This document shows, one piece after another, positions 46,270-59,260 of a stretch of 64,000 nt of DNA (its first letter is position 1; the number at the start of each line of letters is the position of its first letter). A program made the position numbers and the translations under genes. The notes below the pieces were generated by a model. It was not told where the DNA came from. It saw only the letters and a program-made list of their open reading frames with translations, and ran no database searches. The stretch comes from Macrostomum lignano (lineage: Eukaryota), in NCBI GenBank assembly GCA_002269645.1, contig NIVC01002145.1, positions 62,001 through 126,000 of the forward strand. Reading direction: 5' to 3'.

Positions 46270-46850
46270 ACATCCTTAATTGGGGAGATTTCTGAGCATC
46301 CTCAATTGGGGAGATTTCTGAACATCCTTAATTGGGGAGATTCCTGAACATCCTTAATTGGGGAGATTTCTGAACATCCTCAATTGGGGAGATTTCTGAG
46401 CATCCTCAATTGGGGAGATTTCTGAATATCCTCAATTGGGGAGATTTCTGAGCATCCTCAATTGGGGAGATTTCTGAATATCCTCAATTGGGGAGATTTC
46501 TGAACATCCTCAATTGGGGAGATTTCTGAATATCCTCAATTGGGGAGATTTTTGAGCATCCTCAATTGGGGAGATTTCTGAGCATCCTCAATTGGGGAGA
46601 TTTCTGAATATCCTCAATTGGGGAGATTTCTGAACATCCTCAATTGGGGAGATTTCTGAACACCCTCAATTGGGGAGATTTTTGAGCATCCTCAATTGGG
46701 GAGATTTCTGAGCATCCTCAATTGGGGAGATTTCTGAATATCCTCAATTGGGGAGATTTCTGAACATCCTCAATTGGGGAGATTTCTGAACACCCTCAAT
46801 TGGGGAGATTTTTGAGCATCCTCAATTGGGGAGATTTCTGAATATCCTCA
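46270..46850. repeat. 26-bp minisatellite (TCTGAGCATCCTCAATTGGGGAGATT)
   Basis: About 22 units. Confidence 0.95.
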
Positions 46851-46930
46851 AATGCGGGATTTCTAAGCACCTAAAATCCTGCAAAATAACAAATCCCCCA
46901 AAAACGGCATATGGGATTTTTTAGGATTTT

Positions 46931-47299
46931 TCACGCCAAGCCGGCCTTATGCCTAGCCAACAGGCCTGTCAGCTGTTCGCTAGTCTCGTTGCCGCCAAAG
47001 TCCAACTCCCGACTGATGGAATCCTCATCGGCGCCCAAAGAGCGCACTAATCCGACCGTGCCGCCGGCTCCGCCGTTTGCGACGCCGCCAACGACTGTAG
47101 CGGCTGCTCGCTGCTGCGAGACGCGCTCCGATTGAGCCGCCATTGAAGGCGTCTGCATCTGCCAGGTGGCCTCCAGCAGCGACGGACGCCGGGTGGTCAT
47201 TCTGACGCCTGCCGGCGCAGTGGCGGCAGGGACAGCGGCGGTGGCGGTGGAAGAGTGAGGCGGATGTCTGTGGGTCGATGCGCGTTTTCTGGCGCCCAC
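46931..47299 (-). CDS. Putative terminal coding exon (122 aa), possibly an alternative last exon of the MS4A-like gene
   Basis: GC-rich island with acceptor CCCCTAGCAG| at 47300, phase 0, open to a stop; reads RRPSLLEATW and DEDSISRELDF. The parent gene is inferred from strand and phase only. Confidence 0.5.
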   Translation of the reverse strand: MGARKRASTHRHPPHSSTATAAVPAATAPAGVRMTTRRPSLLEATWQMQTPSMAAQSERVSQQRAAATVVGGVANGGAGGTVGLVRSLGADEDSISRELDFGGNETSEQLTGLLARHKAGLA

Positions 47300-47359
47300 C
47301 TGCTAGGGGATGCAGGTGGTTGAAGTTCAAGGTGAGTGGCGCGTAGGTGCACGTCAAAT

Positions 47360-48682
47360 TGGAACTCCAACATCCTGAGATTGGAACTCCAACATCCTGA
47401 GATTGGAACTCCAACATCCTTAGATTGGAATCCAACATCCTCAGATTGGAACTCCAACATCCTTAGATTGGAACTGCAACATCCTCAGATTGGAACTCCA
47501 ACATCCTCAGATTGGAATCCAACATCCTTAGATTGGAACTCCAACATCTTCAGATGGGAACTCCAATCCAACATCTTCAGATTGGAACTCCAACATCTTC
47601 AGATGGGAACTCCAATCCAACATCTTCAGATTGGAATCCAACATCCTCAGATTGGAATCCAACATCCTTAGATTGGAACTGCAACATCCTCAGATTGGAA
47701 CTCCAACATCCTCAGATTGGAATCCAACATCCTTAGATTGGAACTCCAACATCTTCAGATGGGAACTCCAATCCAACATCTTCAGATTGGAACTCCAACA
47801 TCTTCAGATGGGAACTCCAATCCAACATCTTCAGATTGGAATCCAAAATCCTCAGATTGGAACTCAAATATTCTCAGATTGGAATCCAACATCCTCAGAT
47901 TGGAATCCAACATCTTCAGATGGGAACTCCAACATCCTCAGATGGGAACTCCAATCCAACATCTTCAGATGGGAACTCCAACATCCTCAGATGGGAACTC
48001 CAATCCAACATCTTCAGTTTGGAATCCAACATCCTTAGATTGGAACTCCAACATCTTCAGATGGGAACTCCAATCCAACATCTTCAGATTGGAATCCAAC
48101 ATCCTTAGATTGAACTCCAACATCTTCAGATGGGAACTCCAATCCAACATCTTCAGATTGGAATCCAACATCCTCAGATTGGAATCCAACATCTTCAGAT
48201 TGGAATCCAACATCCTCAGATTGGAATCCAACATCTTCAGATTGGAATCCAACATCTTCAGATTGGAATCCAACATCCTCAGATTGGAATCCAACATCCT
48301 CAGATTGGAATCCAACATCCTCAGATTGGAATCCAACATCCTCAGATTGGAATCCAACATCTTCAGATTGGAATCCAACATCCTCAGATTGGAATCCAAC
48401 ATCCTCAGATTGGAATCCAACATCCTCAGATTGGAATCCAACATCCTCAGATTGGAATCCAACATCTTTAGATTGGAATCCAACATCCTCAGATTGGAAT
48501 CCAACATCTTCAGATTGGAATCCAACATCCTTAGATTGGAACTCCAACATCTTCAGATTGGAATCCAACATCCTCAGATTGGAATCCAACATCCTCAGAT
48601 TGGAATCCAACATCCTCAGATGGAAACTCCAAAATCCTAAGATTGGAACTCCAACATCCTTAGATTGGAACTGCAACATCCT
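47360..48682. repeat. 21/22-bp minisatellite (GGAATCCAACATCCTCAGATT and variants)
   Basis: About 60 units. Confidence 0.95.
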
Positions 48683-49214
48683 CTAGGATACAGTGCGTCA
48701 AATGATGGTCTACTATAGACAATATCTAAACCTGCATAGTACACTAGCTTGACATCCTAGGTTCGAATTTGTAAACGCCGATGATAATAAATGAGCAAAG
48801 AGAAAAAGGCAAACAGAAAGTTGAAGCCATGCTCAGTGCAGGAATTATTTTTAGCTTTTATGACAGCCGAGTCCGTGAGTGCTAAATACTCGAAACACTT
48901 TAAATTCCTACACAACACTCTACTATGAGTAGAAAAGCACGAGTAGGCAAGGATGTATAAATATTAATGGAAAAAATGCTGAGACCATAGCTCTTACTGA
49001 AACCAGTTAGTATAAAAATGGGTGATCGCATTTCTCAATTGTTCTGCTGGCCAGGCTGGTCAGTATGTGAGGTTAGTCAGGGTTATAATTAATTTATTCA
49101 CCCGGGGAAGAATACCATTATTTTATGTACCGATGCTAATCGTGGATTTAAATTCCCTCTTGTTAAATGTTAGTAAATTTAAAAAGATGCAAAACACCCC
49201 TTTATTTATACTCT

Positions 49215-50320
49215 AGACAGCACTAGACAGTCACTCCCGCCCCTAGATACTTCCCTCCCACCTTCCCTAGATACTGTCTGTCACTCCTGCCCCTAGATAC
49301 TTCCCTCCCACCTTCCCTAGATACTGTCTGTCACTCCTGCCCCTAGATACTTCCCTCCCACCTTCCCTAGATACTGTCTGTCACTCCTGCCCCTAGATAC
49401 TTCCCTCCCACCTTCCCTAGATACTGTCTGTCACTCCTGCCCCTAGATACTTCCCTCCCACCTTCCCTAGATACTGTCTGTCACTCCTGCCCCTAGATAC
49501 TTCCCTCCCACCTTCCGTAGATACTGTCTGTCACTCCTGCCCCTAGATACTTCCCTCCCACCTTCCCTAGATACTGTCTGTCACTCCTGCCCCTAGATAC
49601 TTCCCTCCCACCTTCCCTAGATACTGTCCGTCACTCTCGCCTCCCCTTTGATACGGTCAGTCCCCGCCACCCCTAGATACAGTCACTTCCCGCCACCCCT
49701 AGATACAGTCACTTCCCGCCACCCCTAGACACTGTCACTCCCGCCACCCCTAGATACTGTCACTCCCGCCACCCCTAGATACAGTCACCCTCCGCCACCC
49801 CTAGATACAGTCACTCCCCGCCACCCCTAGATACAGTCACTCCCCGCCACCCCTAGATACAGTCACTCCCGCCACCCCTAGATACTGTCACTCCCCGCCA
49901 CCCCTAGATACAGTCACCCTCCGCCACCCCTAGATACAGTCACTCCGCGCCACCCCTAGGCACAGTCACTCCCGCCACCCCTAGATACTGTCACTCCCCG
50001 CCACCCCTGGATACAGTCACCCTCCGCCACCCCTAGATACAGTCACTCCCCGCCATCCCTAGATACAGTCACTCCCCGCCACCCCTAGACAGTCACTCCC
50101 GCCACCCCTAGATACTGTCACTCCCGCCTAGATACTGTCACTCCCGCCTAGATACTGTCACTCCCGCTTCTCCTAGATACAGTCACTCCCACCACCCCTA
50201 GACACAGTCACTCCCGCCACCCCTAGATACAGTCACTTCCCGCCACCCCTAGATACTGTAACTTCCCGCCACCCCTAGATACTGTCACTCCCGCCACCCC
50301 TAGATACTGTCACTCCCAGG
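49215..50320. repeat. Minisatellite with a 50-bp dimeric block (49225-49625) followed by 26/27-bp monomers (CCCCTAGATACAGTCACTCCCGCCA)
   Basis: Period 50 at 49261/49311; CCTAGATAC core shared by both blocks. Confidence 0.92.
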
Positions 50321-50691
50321 GCACGCCACATTTTGAGAACCGTGAATAGTAAACAACGGCAACTAGTGCACAGCGAAACAAGTATCAACAACGGAAAAAC
50401 ACGCTAGAAAAAACAAGTAGATACGCAGGCGTCCAGTATGGGGAGAGGTATGACTCCTAACCCCCCAAAAAATTTTCTAATTATTCATAAAGTCCAGTCC
50501 ATTTGATTTACCTGATAATTTTAAAGAACGCGCTGTCTTGCAAACAGTCGGGTTAATAATTATTTTAATAGAAAAGGTAAATTCAAAGAAGTGCTATTGA
50601 CAAGCTGGGGGAAGACTGGTATGGATTAGCTGAAGCTGCGATCGGCGTATAGGCGGTATTGAGACAGTCACAGCTGGCATAGTGCCAACAG

Positions 50692-53600
50692 TCAGCGGAT
50701 AGCTGAGTTAGCTGACAGCTGCTGATGATGATGCGGCAGCGACTGCTGTTGCTGATGCTGAAACTGCCGATTGGCCACCTGTTGCAGTGCAGTTTTATTG
50801 CGACAGGGCAGATGCGAAACTCTTTGTTAGATAGCGTTGGACTAATTGCAGACTGGGGTATTTGGATATAAATATTGAATACAAATTTTGCAGCTTGGAG
50901 AGCGATTTCAATTAAAGATTTCTTAGACTTAGGGTGATTTCTAAAATAGGGAATTGCCTGGATTGGGACCTATTCTAAAATAGGGAATTGCCTGGATTGG
51001 GACCTATTCTAAAATAGGGAATTGCCTGGATTGGGACCTATTCTAAAATAGGGAATTCCCTGGATTGGGACCTATTCTAAAATAGGGAATTCCCTGGATT
51101 GGGACCTATTCTAAAATAGGGAATTGCCTGGATTGGGACCTATTCTAAAATAGGGAATTCCCTGGATTGGGACCTATTCTAAAATAGGGAATTCCCTGGA
51201 TTGGGACCTATTCTAAAATAGGGAATTCCCTGGATTGGGACCTATTCTAAAATAGGGAATTCCCTGGATTGGGACCTATTCTAAAATAGGGAATTCCCTG
51301 GATTGGGACCTATTCTAAAATAGGGAATTCCCTGGATTGGAACCTATTCTAAAATAGGGAATTCCCTGGATTGAGACCGATTCTAAAATAGGGAATTCCC
51401 TGGATTGGGACTTATTTTAAAATAGGGAATTCCCTGGATTGGGACCTATTCTAAAATAGGGAATTCCCTGGATTGGGACCTATTCTAAAATAGGGAATTG
51501 CCTGGATTGGGACCTATTCTAAAATAGGGAATTCCCTGGATTGGGACCTATTCTAAAATAGGGAATTGCCTGGATTGGGACCTATTCTAAAATAGGGAAT
51601 TGCCTGGATTGGGACCTATTCTAAAATAGGGAATTGCCTGGATTGGGACCTATTCTAAAATAGGGAATTCCCTGGATTGGGACCTATTCTAAAATAGGGA
51701 ATTCCCTGGATTGGGACCTATTCTAAAATAGGGAATTCCCTGGATTGGGACCTATTCTAAAATAGGGAATTCCCTGGATTGGGACCTATTCTAAAATAGG
51801 GAATTCCCTGGATTGGGACCTATTCTAAAATAGGGAATTCCCTGGATTGGGACCTATTCTAAAATAGGGAATTCCCTGGATTGGGACCTATTCTAAAATA
51901 GGGAATTCCCTGGATTGGAACCTATTCTAAAATAGGGAATTCCCTGGATTGAGACCGATTCTAAAATAGGGAATTCCCTGGATTGGGACTTATTTTAAAA
52001 TAGGGAATTCCCTGGATTGGGACCTATTCTAAAATAGGGAATTGCCTGGATTGGAACCTATTCTAAAATAGGGAATTGCCTGGGGCCTGGATTGGGACCT
52101 ATTCTAAAATAGGGAATTCCCCAGATATTGGAGCGATTTTTTATAAAGAAGGGAATTCCCCAGATGGGGGCTATTTTCTAATAGGGAATTCTCCATATTG
52201 AAAGATTGGGGCGATATTTTAATATGGATTCCTAATAGGGGATTCCCTGTAAAACTGTGATTGTCAATTATGGATTTTTTGGATGTGGGAGAGGGCGAAT
52301 ATGGGGCGTTTTGTTAACTGAGGTTGCTAAGGGAGGGATTTGTTGCAACATATTTTGTTAATTAAGTGATTGTACAAGTCATAAAGACATATATATATAT
52401 ATTTGATTTCGCAGGTGACAGATATCTAGGTGCATATACTAATACTATAGTTTGAGCTCAACTGAAAAAAATTGTTAAAATATATTATGGCTTGTAACAA
52501 ATAACCGCAAAAAATCGCGACGTGATCGGGACATTGTGCAACTCTGTGCGCGAATGGTGCCACAACACCCTCTGCTTATGCACGGTTATTCAAATTTGCA
52601 CTCGGATGGTTTATAACAAACTTTTTGCATTGCTTGCAATTGTGCAACTTAGCAGCATAGCACTCACCGGCTCCATGTGCATGGACTGCAAATGGGAGAG
52701 GGGTGGGGCAAAGTGATATCAATTTCACTCAGTGGACACTTGTCGTGCTAACCCAGCACAAAAAATCACTCAGTAGACATTTGTGTTACCCAAATACTCA
52801 CAAAGATCACGCAGTAGACATTTGCGCTACCCCAAATGCTCACAAAGATCACTCAGTAGACATTTGCGCTACCCCAAATGCTCACAAAGATCACTCAGTG
52901 GACATCTGCGTTACCCAAATGCTCACAAAGATCACTCAGTGGACATTTGTGCTACCCCAGCACACGAAAATCACTCAGTGGACATTTGCGCTAACCCAAA
53001 TACTCACAAAGATCACTCGGTGGACATCTTTGCTACCCAAATACTCCCAAAGATCCCTCAGTGGACATTTGCGCTACCCCAGCACACGAAAATCACTCAG
53101 TGGACATTTGCGCTAACCCAAATACTCACAAAGATCACTCGGTGGACATCTTTGCTACCCAAATACTCCCAAAGATCCCTCAGTGGACATTTGCGCTACC
53201 CCAAATGCTCACAAAGATCACTCAGTGGACATCTGTGTTACCCAAATGCTCACAAAGATCACTCAGTGGACAATTTATAAAACACTGCACTCACATTCAG
53301 CGAATTCGTGCTCCGCTTCAGCTCGGAGAAGGAGTCCCGCTGGGACCTGTGAAACACAGTTCTCACGAAGATGCCCAGCACTTGGAGCAGATTTTTGCCA
53401 ACGCACCAATCGCAGGAAACGCAGGCCAGCACCAGCAGCCAGCTGGCCGTCAGCACCATTGAGCACAGCGCCAAAAACACCCGCAGCTGTTGATGCTCCT
53501 GCTGCTGAGGCTGCAACGGCGACTGAGAAGGCGAAACGCCTGTCGGATCGGGCGAAGGCGAGTCGGACGGTTGGGACAGGGCGATCCAGGCCACCACTAG

Positions 53601-55083
53601 CAGCAGACAGCCGACGGACTGAATGCCCAGGTTGAACAGGGAGTACAGGCGGTACAGTCTCAGCTGGAATGGGTTGGAAATTTACGCCTTGTACTGCTTA
53701 TTAGCGGCAGATGGACTCACACTTCAGCATCCAAGCCTCGAGGAAAGCTACATAAAGGCAATTTAGGATACTCTGGCAACAGGGATACCCTAACAGGGAA
53801 TACCCTAGCAACAAGGATACCCTAACAAGGAATACCCTAGCAAAAGGGATATCCTTACAGGGAATACCCTAGCAACATGGATACTAACAGGGAATACCCT
53901 AGCAACAGGGAATACCCTAGCAACAGTGAATACCCTAGCAACAGGAAATACCCTAGCAACAGGGAATACCCTAGCAACAGGGAATACCCTAGCAACAGGG
54001 AGTCTTAAGACTTACAAGTGGACTTCATAAAAAAACTTTGAAAACCCTCACCATTCTTTGCAGCTGAGTGTTTGCATACCACAATGCCAAACCGCTGGAA
54101 ACTAGCATCTGTAATAAAAATGCACGGGGAATGTCTTACATTTTACGTCATGAAGAGATCATACGAATGCATTGGTTTTACGAGAAGCTTTAAAAAATTA
54201 ACTTTCTATCCAGTAATTCATTATTGCGTAAAATTGACGATAATAAATACGTACATAATTTTAACACACGTAAAATACGAAGTAAGTGACTTTTGGACGA
54301 TTCTAGAACGACGACATGTCACGGTACAAGAGAGAAGAGGAGAGGAAAGGAGAGGAGAAGAGAGAACTGAGAAGAGACGCAAACTTTGAGCGAGCCAGAG
54401 TTTGCCAACCCTCACTTTATGCATTAGAATCGCACATCGCATTCAAAACAACTCTATTAACTCTACTTGCGATAGTAGAAAGTTAGACGCTAACACAACG
54501 ACTCTTGGGCGACTCCTTTCCGATTCTACAATCTACAATGCACGTGTTGCGCTCGTGACTCAACAGTCGCCTCTCCGTCGCATTGCAGTCGTTTGAGTCG
54601 TTAAAAAGTCGCAAGAGTCACCCCAGAATCGCTAGAGTCACTAGTGAGTTGTTTGCAATCACTCTTTAGACTCTTGACACTAAGACAGCAGTAGCAAATA
54701 ATGGAAGCTAAGCAAGCAGCTACAGACCCGGTACTCACGGACAGGGAGCACCAGATAGGAAAGCCGAACGCGCCTGTGACGTCAAAGGCTTGCACAGGGC
54801 GCACAGAATGGAATGCAACAACTGTAGCATTGCTGGCCCCAGCCGCTGCTCGAATTCCAACGTCGGTGGCGCCCAGCACAAAGCCAAGGACGCCTAGGAT
54901 TAGCTGGGCCCAGGCTAGCGGTCTGGGCACTCTGGATCCAGTCCGGCCGCTCACCATCAGGCCGCTGTCGGCGTCCCCATCGGTGGCGTCCATCCCGCCG
55001 CCGCCAACAATGACAATGCCATCTGCAGTTGCCGGGACAGCTGGCGCGGGCTCCAGCTCCTCTGACTGTCTATGGTAGCGCAT
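50692..55083 (-). CDS. MS4A/CD20-like four-TM membrane protein, ~291 aa, 5 exons
   Basis: Exons 55083-54739, 54108-54052, 53663-53295, 52685-52668, 50778-50692. All phase 0 and GT-AG. TM1 LAWAQLILGVLGFVLG, TM2 GFPIWCSLSMLVSSGLAL (MS4A-like G.P.W), TM3 LYSLFNLGIQSVGCLLLVVAWIAL, TM4 FLALCSMVLTASWLLVLACVSC. The family call is by eye. Confidence 0.7.
50938..52135. repeat. 34-bp minisatellite (CTAAAATAGGGAATTCCCTGGATTGGGACCTATT), ~34 copies
   Basis: Period 34 (50941/50975); most units contain the palindrome AGGGAATTCCCT. Confidence 0.97.
52725..53272. repeat. ~39-42-bp minisatellite (CACTCAGTGGACATTTGCGCTACCCC...)
   Basis: About 13 units in an MS4A-like intron. Confidence 0.9.
53775..54002. repeat. 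~19-bp repeat (AACAGGGAATACCCTAGC)
   Basis: About 12 units. Confidence 0.88.
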
Positions 55084-55485
55084 TGCTTCTAGAAGGGAGC
55101 AGCTGAATAAACCGGGCTACTTCTGTCCGGATAGATGCTACTGCTAACGAACTCAACTGGCTAAATATCAGTTTTCTGCCAAGTGGTGCTGCTGTTGCCG
55201 CTATGGCAACTGGGGGGATGATTTATTGACAACTGATATGCCAGCCTTGCTGCAAACAGAGAAAGAAAAAATAATTTGCTTTGAAATTTAAAATTAGATT
55301 TCACCTGTAAGCTTTACAAGCTTTGACATATAATCTAATTGAAAGACAAATGTTCAAAATTTTGTTTTGCAAAGACCAAATGTAGATTTTTGCAAGATTT
55401 TTGCAAAACCGAATCCAAATGTACAAAAAAAATTCCAAATCTGAATCCGAATATCCAAATGTGCTTCCAAATGTAAAAAAGTAAA

Positions 55486-55520
55486 AGGTAAATGGCGGGA
55501 GTAACTTTGACCCCTTTTAG
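55486..55520 (+). other. Second LSU rRNA helix-69-like fragment
   Basis: AGGTAAATGGCGGGAGTAACTTTGACCCCTTTTAG versus consensus GGGTAAACGGCGGGAGTAACTATGACTCTCTTAAG: 28/35 by hand. Confidence 0.6.
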
Positions 55521-58500
55521 TGACATATTAGTGCTGTACATTAATTTACTGACAAGATTCAATCTATCTCGGGCTTATACTATATCTATCTAGTATCTGA
55601 ATTGAATTGAACTTAATTGTTATATATGAGTATCTAATCTAACCGATTCCAATTACTAATACTAACTCATTACATTTGTGCAATTGATAACTTTACCGTG
55701 TAAAGTGCACGTAAAGTCTGCTGCATTTGCATTTTGAAAAAACAAAGTAATGATTACACTTAAACAATGATTACCTAAAAATGTTTTTGCAACTTTATGA
55801 GCCTAGGTTGAATGCCTCAAAGGTCCCAAAGTTGATTAACTTTACTTATTAAAACTTAAAAAATATGTTATTGCAAAAACAGACAATTGTAAAAAATGAA
55901 AAATATGACATTAAATTTTGTGTTCTCATTTTTTAAATTTACTTTATTTTTCAAAAGTTGCATTTCTTTTACATTTGTATAATTTTTTTTGGTTTTTTGA
56001 TTTTTCCATATTTGGAAGCACATTTGGAAATTTGGAAAATAGAATTTCCAAATCTAAAACATTTGGATTTCCTAAAAGAGAGACTTTTTGGATTTGGATT
56101 CCGAATCTGAATATTTGGATCCATCACTAGTCAATATGTAATACCCTATGATCATAATTATACTATATTATACTATTATACCATATTTATATTTATATAG
56201 TCTTAGAATTTTACCTATTTGGGAAAAAAGTTTTATTAGTTATGGATATTCTGGGTAGTAGGTATCTAAATGAAATGAAAAATTGGTCATTATAAATACT
56301 AAAATATTTCCTTATAGCTATCAACAAACAATCTAAACACAACATATAATATGGTACATCAAACTAGGCCTACTATTAGATAAATAAGAATATAACAAAA
56401 TCTTATCGAGGCATCTAAATCAGATTGATTACAATTTAATTATAAGTATTTTTTCAAATATTAAATGAAAAAAAATCTTCAAAAAAGCAATATTATATTA
56501 TTTTCCATTTATATAAATTTATCTAATCAAATTTATTAAACAGAAATGAATTTAGCTATTTAGCTTCTATTAGTTGTATATTCTGCATTTTTATTTGTAA
56601 AGATAGGATAGGATTCCAATTCTAGGATCCTAATATCCAAAAACATATTGGGATACTAAATCTGCCTAATCCCATTTTTTATCTTATCTAATCTCTTATA
56701 TGTTCATACTTTAGAAAATTATTTTCGTTTTAAAAAAATATACAAAGCAAAGATAAAAGAGTAACAATTCAATGAGTGTAGAATCTAGCATATAAATTAT
56801 GATAATATAATATACCCAAATCCAAATAATATGATAATTTGGATTTAATTGAGTTTTTGGTCTATGATATAAAGATGCATATTAGCTCAATATGCTATAG
56901 TATAGTAGAATAGATGCTAAAGTTGCATTTAAGTTAAATTATTTCTTTGTATACTCAATTTAATATGACCATAGACTATTGCATATTGTATTATATGCAA
57001 GAAAATAGTTATCAATGATGCTGCCACTATTGATTGTGATCTATCCCAAGTGGCAACATTTAAAATACAATTTTGGTAAGCTATTTTACTATTATAAGCT
57101 AATTTTTCTAGTGCTTATAATATATAGTTAAAGTATAGTATAGTGGGCTAACTCAATTTTATATGCAAGCATCTCCAAAAGATTATACTTGTCTTAAGTA
57201 TATTGCTTTGTTTTCTTAATCCCAAATCTTATATGCTAGAAAATTCTAATATACAATGGACCTAAAAATTCTTGGCATATATAATAATATCTTGTATACC
57301 ATAATAGCTATACCATGATAAATTGTGCAACTGTGCTAGCATTTGGTATTGCCATATTTGGTATATAAAAAATTACTTTTAAAATATATGTTTTGTAGAA
57401 AATAATAAAACAAAATAAAAATAATCAATGCTATACAACAATAATTATTTATTTACTAAAAAGTTTTACTGATTTAAAAAACTAAAACTTTAGAACCTAA
57501 AATGAGCTAAAAGCAAAAATTTTTTAAATTAAAATTTTAGCTAAAATTTGATATAGTGAGGCAATTTCATTCTGGCATAGATATTATATGCAAAAACTTT
57601 TCTAACATATAGACCTAAACTTGAATTTATGACATAAGGGGTCATTTTTTGGTATAGACCTTTTATGTAATAGATTTGAGGTTAAGCCAAGGATATGGCT
57701 TTGTTTGATAAGAAGTATTAGCAGAGCAAGCAGCAAATACAAGTAGCAAAAATAAGTTGAAAAAACAATGACCTCTACTAATACTAAAACTCTAGGAATG
57801 TTTGTGTGTATGTGTGTGTGTGTATGTGTTGTGTGTGTTGCAAGTGAACTCCTACAATATTGGCAAGTCAGTGTCAAAACTTATGTTATTTATAATCCCA
57901 GAAGAGTCTACTGAGCTACATTGCTTAGCTTAGCATTGCAAGCAACTTTCTATTAAAAATACTTAATTTTTTTGACAAATTCTTATTCTTATAATCTTAT
58001 TGTCTTTACTTTTTAGCAGGTAAGCTGCCTACCTGCCTTTATTGCCCCAGTGACACAGTCAGGAATTAACTTTTAATATGCCGAATTATATCTACTACAA
58101 TAAGAAAAAGAAATTAAAGTGACTGGATATAGTGAAAATGGCGAAAATATTTTTTGCAAATAGCGTCAGTCATGCATTTTTGGCCTAGCTCGAACACCGA
58201 ACCCGAAACCGAGGCGAAGGCTGACTTTAGGCTTTGCAAGAATTGTTGCAGTTTTATCAAATTAACATTAGGTTGACAGGTAAAAATCGTTGAAACTCTT
58301 GTATAATGAGGTTCATAATATATTCAGTCATATTTATACAGCAATCAGCATGTTTAGTTATGGTTAGATTCGGCCTGAATATCAGAGCAGTAAGAGTTTG
58401 AGTGAACACCTCTTTCTTGGGAAAAAAGAGAAATTCAGCGATTTTAAATAGGCGCAAAGTTTATTCAGAAGCCTAACAAATGCGTTTAATTTCTATTTCC

Positions 58501-58883
58501 GAATTTTAAATCTAATGTTTAAAATGTTTACATGTTGCAAAAATATAAATTCGTTTCGAGTGTTTATTACACTTTTTATTATATAAGTTATGCATCCGTA
58601 CAAGCGAATTGTAAATTTTTGCGAACTCCACGACGACTTATAAGACTTTACCACAACTTTAATTGAATGGTCATCGGATTGGCTCACCAATCACCATCAA
58701 TAACTGCCGGTGGACTGTCATTGCAATAGTAGTAATTGAAGAATAGATTGTTCAATACTACATGTAAAATTGCAACTTCTTTCCAGAAGTGGAATGTGAT
58801 GGGGTCGAATGAGGGCCTGAGCAAGGACCACTGTATATGGTCGACGAAACGTAGACTTCTCGCCTGACCAAGCCGCCGCTGCC

Positions 58884-59260
58884 CTAGAAGGAATAGCAGC
58901 AGCACATCATGCAGCGGCTCAGGGCAGTACTGCTCTGCTCTCGGATGACGTGGCCGGCCAGCTGTGTGGGCGCCGGATGCGCAGCAGCTGGCTGGGTCGG
59001 GAGATCGCTGGCCCGACAGTATATAAATCTCGTCATTGCTGGTATTAGTGATGGCGGTCGGCGAGTAGTGGACACCGAAAGCGGCTTACAGAAGTCCAGC
59101 GTGAGGGCGTCGATCGTTACCGCTCCTGGCCTTAGCTGCAGGGCGGTCCGAAGAGCCGCTCCTGGCCAGCCGGTCAGTGTCCACGTTTCAGCATTGTAGA
59201 GGAGGACGGTTTGTATATGACTGCCTGGAACAGCCGCCCTCTCAGCCGATCCGGCAGCTC
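58884..59260 (-). mobile_element. Decayed RTE-clade-like LINE fragment (post-RT C-terminal region)
   Basis: IQTVLLYNAETWTLT and QLAGHVIR resemble the VLLYGAETWTL ... WAGHV.R motifs of RTE-type non-LTR elements; the sequence between them is degenerate. Confidence 0.75.

Noticed and set aside
50938-52135. CRISPR-like array (palindromic 34-bp repeats)
   Set aside because: Repeats are contiguous with no unique spacers, there are no cas genes, and the context is a eukaryotic intron.
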